From: Elusimicrobiota bacterium
GTDB lineage: Bacteria > Elusimicrobiota > Elusimicrobia > UBA1565 > UBA9628
Direction: 5' to 3'
DNA length: 64,000 nt
NCBI GenBank assembly: GCA_016194705.1
Contig: JACQAZ010000046.1
Span: 2,372-66,371, forward strand
The position numbers and the translations under genes are program-made. The notes below the pieces were generated by a model. That model did not search any database. It was given only the letters and a program-made list of their open reading frames with translations, and was not told the origin of the DNA. Position 1 is the stretch's first letter; the number at the start of each line of letters is the position of its first letter. Positions 61,341-64,000 of the stretch are shown here, in pieces.

Positions 61341-62793
61341 GAGGCTGTCGTGGATCGTCGGCTCGGCGACGGCTTTGTTCTATCTCTGCTTTCATTCGGC
61401 GTACTATAACTTCGACGGCGTCGCCTGCGCGATCGCCGTCGAGCTCGGCGATTGGGCCCACCTCGTGCACGGCAACCACCTGGCCTACGGCATCGTGGGC
61501 TTGGTCTTCCATCGCCTCTGGCGGCTCCTCGGCTACGCGGGACCGGCCATGCTGCCTCTTCAGACGTTGGACTCGCTTCTCGGCGGCCTCGGCGTCGCGC
61601 TCTTCCATTCGATGCTCAGAAAGCTGAAGTTCTCCGCCTCCATCGCCTTGGGCGCGGCGGCCGCTTTGGCCCTCTCGCAGTGCTACTGGTTCTGGAGCCT
61701 CGAAGCCCAGGTCTACCTTCTCGGCATGGTGTTCGTGTTCCTCGCCGCGACCGAGGCGCTCTGCGAGCGGCCGCGTTGGGGCCTCCTGGGGCTCTGGCAC
61801 GCCGGCGCGATCCTGGGCCACGTCGGCCATGCGATGCTCCTTCCCGTCGTGGCCTATCGACTCTGGAAAACCCGCGCCGGCGTCAAAGGAGCGTCGGCCT
61901 ACGCCGTATCGTCTGCGGGTGCGTTGTGCGCGGCCTACGCGGCCGCTGCGGTCTTCTGCGTGAGGCCCGCCTCGTTCGACGAGCTCAGAAAATGGCTGCT
62001 CGGCAGCGCGGCGCTGACCGTCGAGCGCTCGTTTACCTGGCAGGGCGGATATTCGCTGCACGGACTCAGCGATTGGCTTGAGACCTCGCTGCGCCTCATG
62101 GTCGACCGGGCCGGCCCCGCAGGCCTGGGTTTCCTGCTGGCCGCGGCTCCGTTGGCCGCCGCCGCTTTCGCGGTCTGGAAATGCCGCCGCGGCCCCCGCG
62201 CCGGGCTCGTCGCGGCCTGTCTGATCTGGATCGCGTCCTACGCGCTGTTGTTCTCGTCTTGGGAGCCCTTCCTCGACGTCTACCGCATCTCGGACCTCGT
62301 CCCCCTCTGGCTGCTCGCGGCCGTCACGCTCGAATCGATGCCGGCGCGGGAGGGTCGAATTGCGCTCACCGCATGGGCCGCGGGCGCCGGGCTCTTCAAC
62401 GCGACGCAGAGCATACTCCCGCGCGCGGACGCAGCCTCCAATGCTCCGTATCAAGACGCGCTGTTCGTCGCGAAGACGGCGCCTGAGAATGCGTGGATCG
62501 TCGTCACCGCTCGCGGCCAAGTCTACGTCCCTTACTTCGCTCACCGCAAACCGCTCAACATGCGCTATTTCGCCAGCGACTGGGGCATCAACTCGAATGC
62601 TTTGAATCAGCGTCTCGATGAGTTCGCCGTGCAGAATCAGCCGGTCTTCATCACCGACCAGGTTTTGGCGGAAGGACCTTGGCGCGGGGCCTTCGAGAAC
62701 TACGGCCTCGTGCAGGAAAATGAGGAAGTCGGCAGGAAGCTCTACCGGGTCAGACGAAAGGGAAGCCCAAAGGCAGCACGTAGAAGAAATTGA
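61324..62793 (+). CDS. GT-C-like (DUF2723/ArnT-type) multi-pass membrane protein
   Basis: YYNFDG loop after TM1, HGNHLAY and YWFWSLEAQVY; many TMs; C-terminal soluble domain. Confidence 0.68.
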   Translation: MRLRAERLSWIVGSATALFYLCFHSAYYNFDGVACAIAVELGDWAHLVHGNHLAYGIVGLVFHRLWRLLGYAGPAMLPLQTLDSLLGGLGVALFHSMLRKLKFSASIALGAAAALALSQCYWFWSLEAQVYLLGMVFVFLAATEALCERPRWGLLGLWHAGAILGHVGHAMLLPVVAYRLWKTRAGVKGASAYAVSSAGALCAAYAAAAVFCVRPASFDELRKWLLGSAALTVERSFTWQGGYSLHGLSDWLETSLRLMVDRAGPAGLGFLLAAAPLAAAAFAVWKCRRGPRAGLVAACLIWIASYALLFSSWEPFLDVYRISDLVPLWLLAAVTLESMPAREGRIALTAWAAGAGLFNATQSILPRADAASNAPYQDALFVAKTAPENAWIVVTARGQVYVPYFAHRKPLNMRYFASDWGINSNALNQRLDEFAVQNQPVFITDQVLAEGPWRGAFENYGLVQENEEVGRKLYRVRRKGSPKAARRRN

Positions 62794-63529
62794 AGACCGC
62801 GCCCGCGGCCAGGAACGGCCCGAAGGGGATCGGGTCCGAGCGCTTGAGCTTGCCGCCGGCCATCTGCGCGATCCCGTAGGCCGAGCCCAGCAGAGAGCCG
62901 ACCATGAGGCAGTCGAAGGCCCCCAAGCCCCCGCTCCAGGCCCCGATCGCCGCCAAGAGCTTGATGTCGCCCCCGCCCATCGCCTCTTTGCCGAAGATCT
63001 TTTCTCCCGCGGCGGCCACCGCCCAGCAGAGCGCGAAGCCCACGGCGGCGCCGCGCAGGCAGACAAGATACGGCGAGTACCACGCAGGCGCCGACCCGGC
63101 AATGATCGGATTGAAGGAGCAAATCAGCGGCGCCGCGGCCAGCAGGCCCAATGACAACTCGTCGGGGATCAGGAAGGTATCCCAATCGATCAGCGCAACG
63201 GCGACCAAGACTCCCGAGGCGAGGATCGCGCAGCCCGCCCATAGAGGTTGGGCCCCCCAGCGCAGCCAGAGCGCCAACGACAGGCAGGCGAAGACGAGCT
63301 CGACGGCGGGATAGCGCGGCGAGATCGGCTTTCGGCAGCGGCGGCAGCGGCCTCGCAGCAGGAGCCAGCTCAAGATGGGGATGTTGTCGTGCCAGGCGAT
63401 CTGCGCCCGGCAGTGCGGGCAGCGCGAGGGCGGCGAAACGATCGACCGGCCCTTTGGAAGGCGAAGGATCACGACATTGAGAAAGCTGCCCAGGCAGGAG
63501 CCCAGCCAGAAGGCCAGCGCCTTGTCCAT
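62750..63529 (-). CDS. pilD: Prepilin peptidase / N-methyltransferase
   Basis: GSFLNVVILRLP, SRCPHC, WHDNIPILSWLLLRGRCRRC, ISPRYP.VE, IDWDTFLIPD, MGGGDIKL and IPFGPFLA. Confidence 0.96.
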   Translation of the reverse strand: MDKALAFWLGSCLGSFLNVVILRLPKGRSIVSPPSRCPHCRAQIAWHDNIPILSWLLLRGRCRRCRKPISPRYPAVELVFACLSLALWLRWGAQPLWAGCAILASGVLVAVALIDWDTFLIPDELSLGLLAAAPLICSFNPIIAGSAPAWYSPYLVCLRGAAVGFALCWAVAAAGEKIFGKEAMGGGDIKLLAAIGAWSGGLGAFDCLMVGSLLGSAYGIAQMAGGKLKRSDPIPFGPFLAAGAVFNFFYVLPLGFPFV

Positions 63530-63536
63530 CAAAGCG

Positions 63537-63962
63537 TCAGTAAGTAGTCCAGGTCGTTCCGCGGCTGTCGCTGTGGGTGCAGTTGACCCAGATGACGCCG
63601 GCATTGCCGTCGCTGACTATGTTGTCGTACATCCAGCCGCCCGTGTCGTCCGGCGCGAAGAGTCCGGTCAGGACCGAAGAGACGTCGCTGTGGTAGTTGG
63701 GAGACTTCGACACCGGCAAGGTCTGCAGGTATTTTCCCGACACAGTCAGGGACGCCAGGTCGGCGGGGTATTGCCCTTCCATGTCCCCATAATAGACGCT
63801 CAAGGCGGAACGCACGCCGCCGAGGTTCCCCTTGCTCGCGCCTTCGCTCGACCTTCGGATGAGCTGCGCGAACCGCGGGATCGAGATCGCCGCGAGGATG
63901 CCGATGATCGCGACCACGATCATGAGCTCGATGAGCGTGAAGCCGCGACGGGAACGAGGCAA
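63537..63962 (-). CDS. Type IV pilin / pseudopilin-like protein
   Basis: Class III signal RRG|FTLIELMIVVAIIGILAAISIP, then KGNLGGVRSALSVYYGDMEGQYP; TTG start. Confidence 0.9.
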   Translation of the reverse strand: MPRSRRGFTLIELMIVVAIIGILAAISIPRFAQLIRRSSEGASKGNLGGVRSALSVYYGDMEGQYPADLASLTVSGKYLQTLPVSKSPNYHSDVSSVLTGLFAPDDTGGWMYDNIVSDGNAGVIWVNCTHSDSRGTTWTTY

Positions 63963-63990
63963 AAGGGCCCCCTCGGTCCGAGGGGGCCCC
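63959..63990 (-). terminator. GC-rich hairpin plus U-tract just upstream of the pilin gene
   Basis: Minus strand GGGCCCCCTCGG-A-CCGAGGGGGCCC-TTTT, following a TGA at 64000-63998. Confidence 0.65.
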
Positions 63991-64000
63991 TTCGCTCTCA

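Noticed and set aside
1-64000. CRISPR arrays, IS elements, prophage genes, rRNA
   Set aside because: No regularly spaced short repeats, transposase or integrase motifs, or rRNA-like sequence were seen. All repeats found are in-frame protein repeats.

Overview
GC-rich bacterial chromosome segment. Elusimicrobiota is my best guess, inferred from the pilin family and the abundance of signal-peptide and GT-C/TPR proteins; no search was run. In order, the window holds: the end of etfB, etfA and a DUF4321-like gene; a minus-strand run with a complete 14-subunit complex I operon in circularly permuted order (nuoJKLMN-ABCDEFGHI), coupled downstream to a diadenylate cyclase, a DHH phosphoesterase and a TlpA thioredoxin; a MacAB-TolC-type exporter; membrane genes and a fused spermidine-synthase-like gene; a receiver-MBL hydrolase fusion; a VIT-vWA protein with a beta-propeller partner; a histidine kinase; a GluR0-like channel; tRNA-Ser(GGA); an SPFH/zinc-ribbon pair; three GT-C glycosyltransferase-like genes; pilD and a pilin. 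The standout is a ~17.5 kb five-gene minus-strand operon (37773-55285). It encodes two giant, apparently exported, paralogous dikinases of 3147 and 1830 aa. Each has a novel ~195-aa repeat, an unknown central domain, a phospho-His swivel domain and then the ATP-grasp domain, the order found in glucan-water dikinases. The larger protein ends in five tandem LMW-PTP domains, four of which have Asn in place of the general-acid Asp. A small secreted protein, a CHAD protein and a secreted double ParB-like protein follow. No CRISPR array, integrase or transposase was seen.
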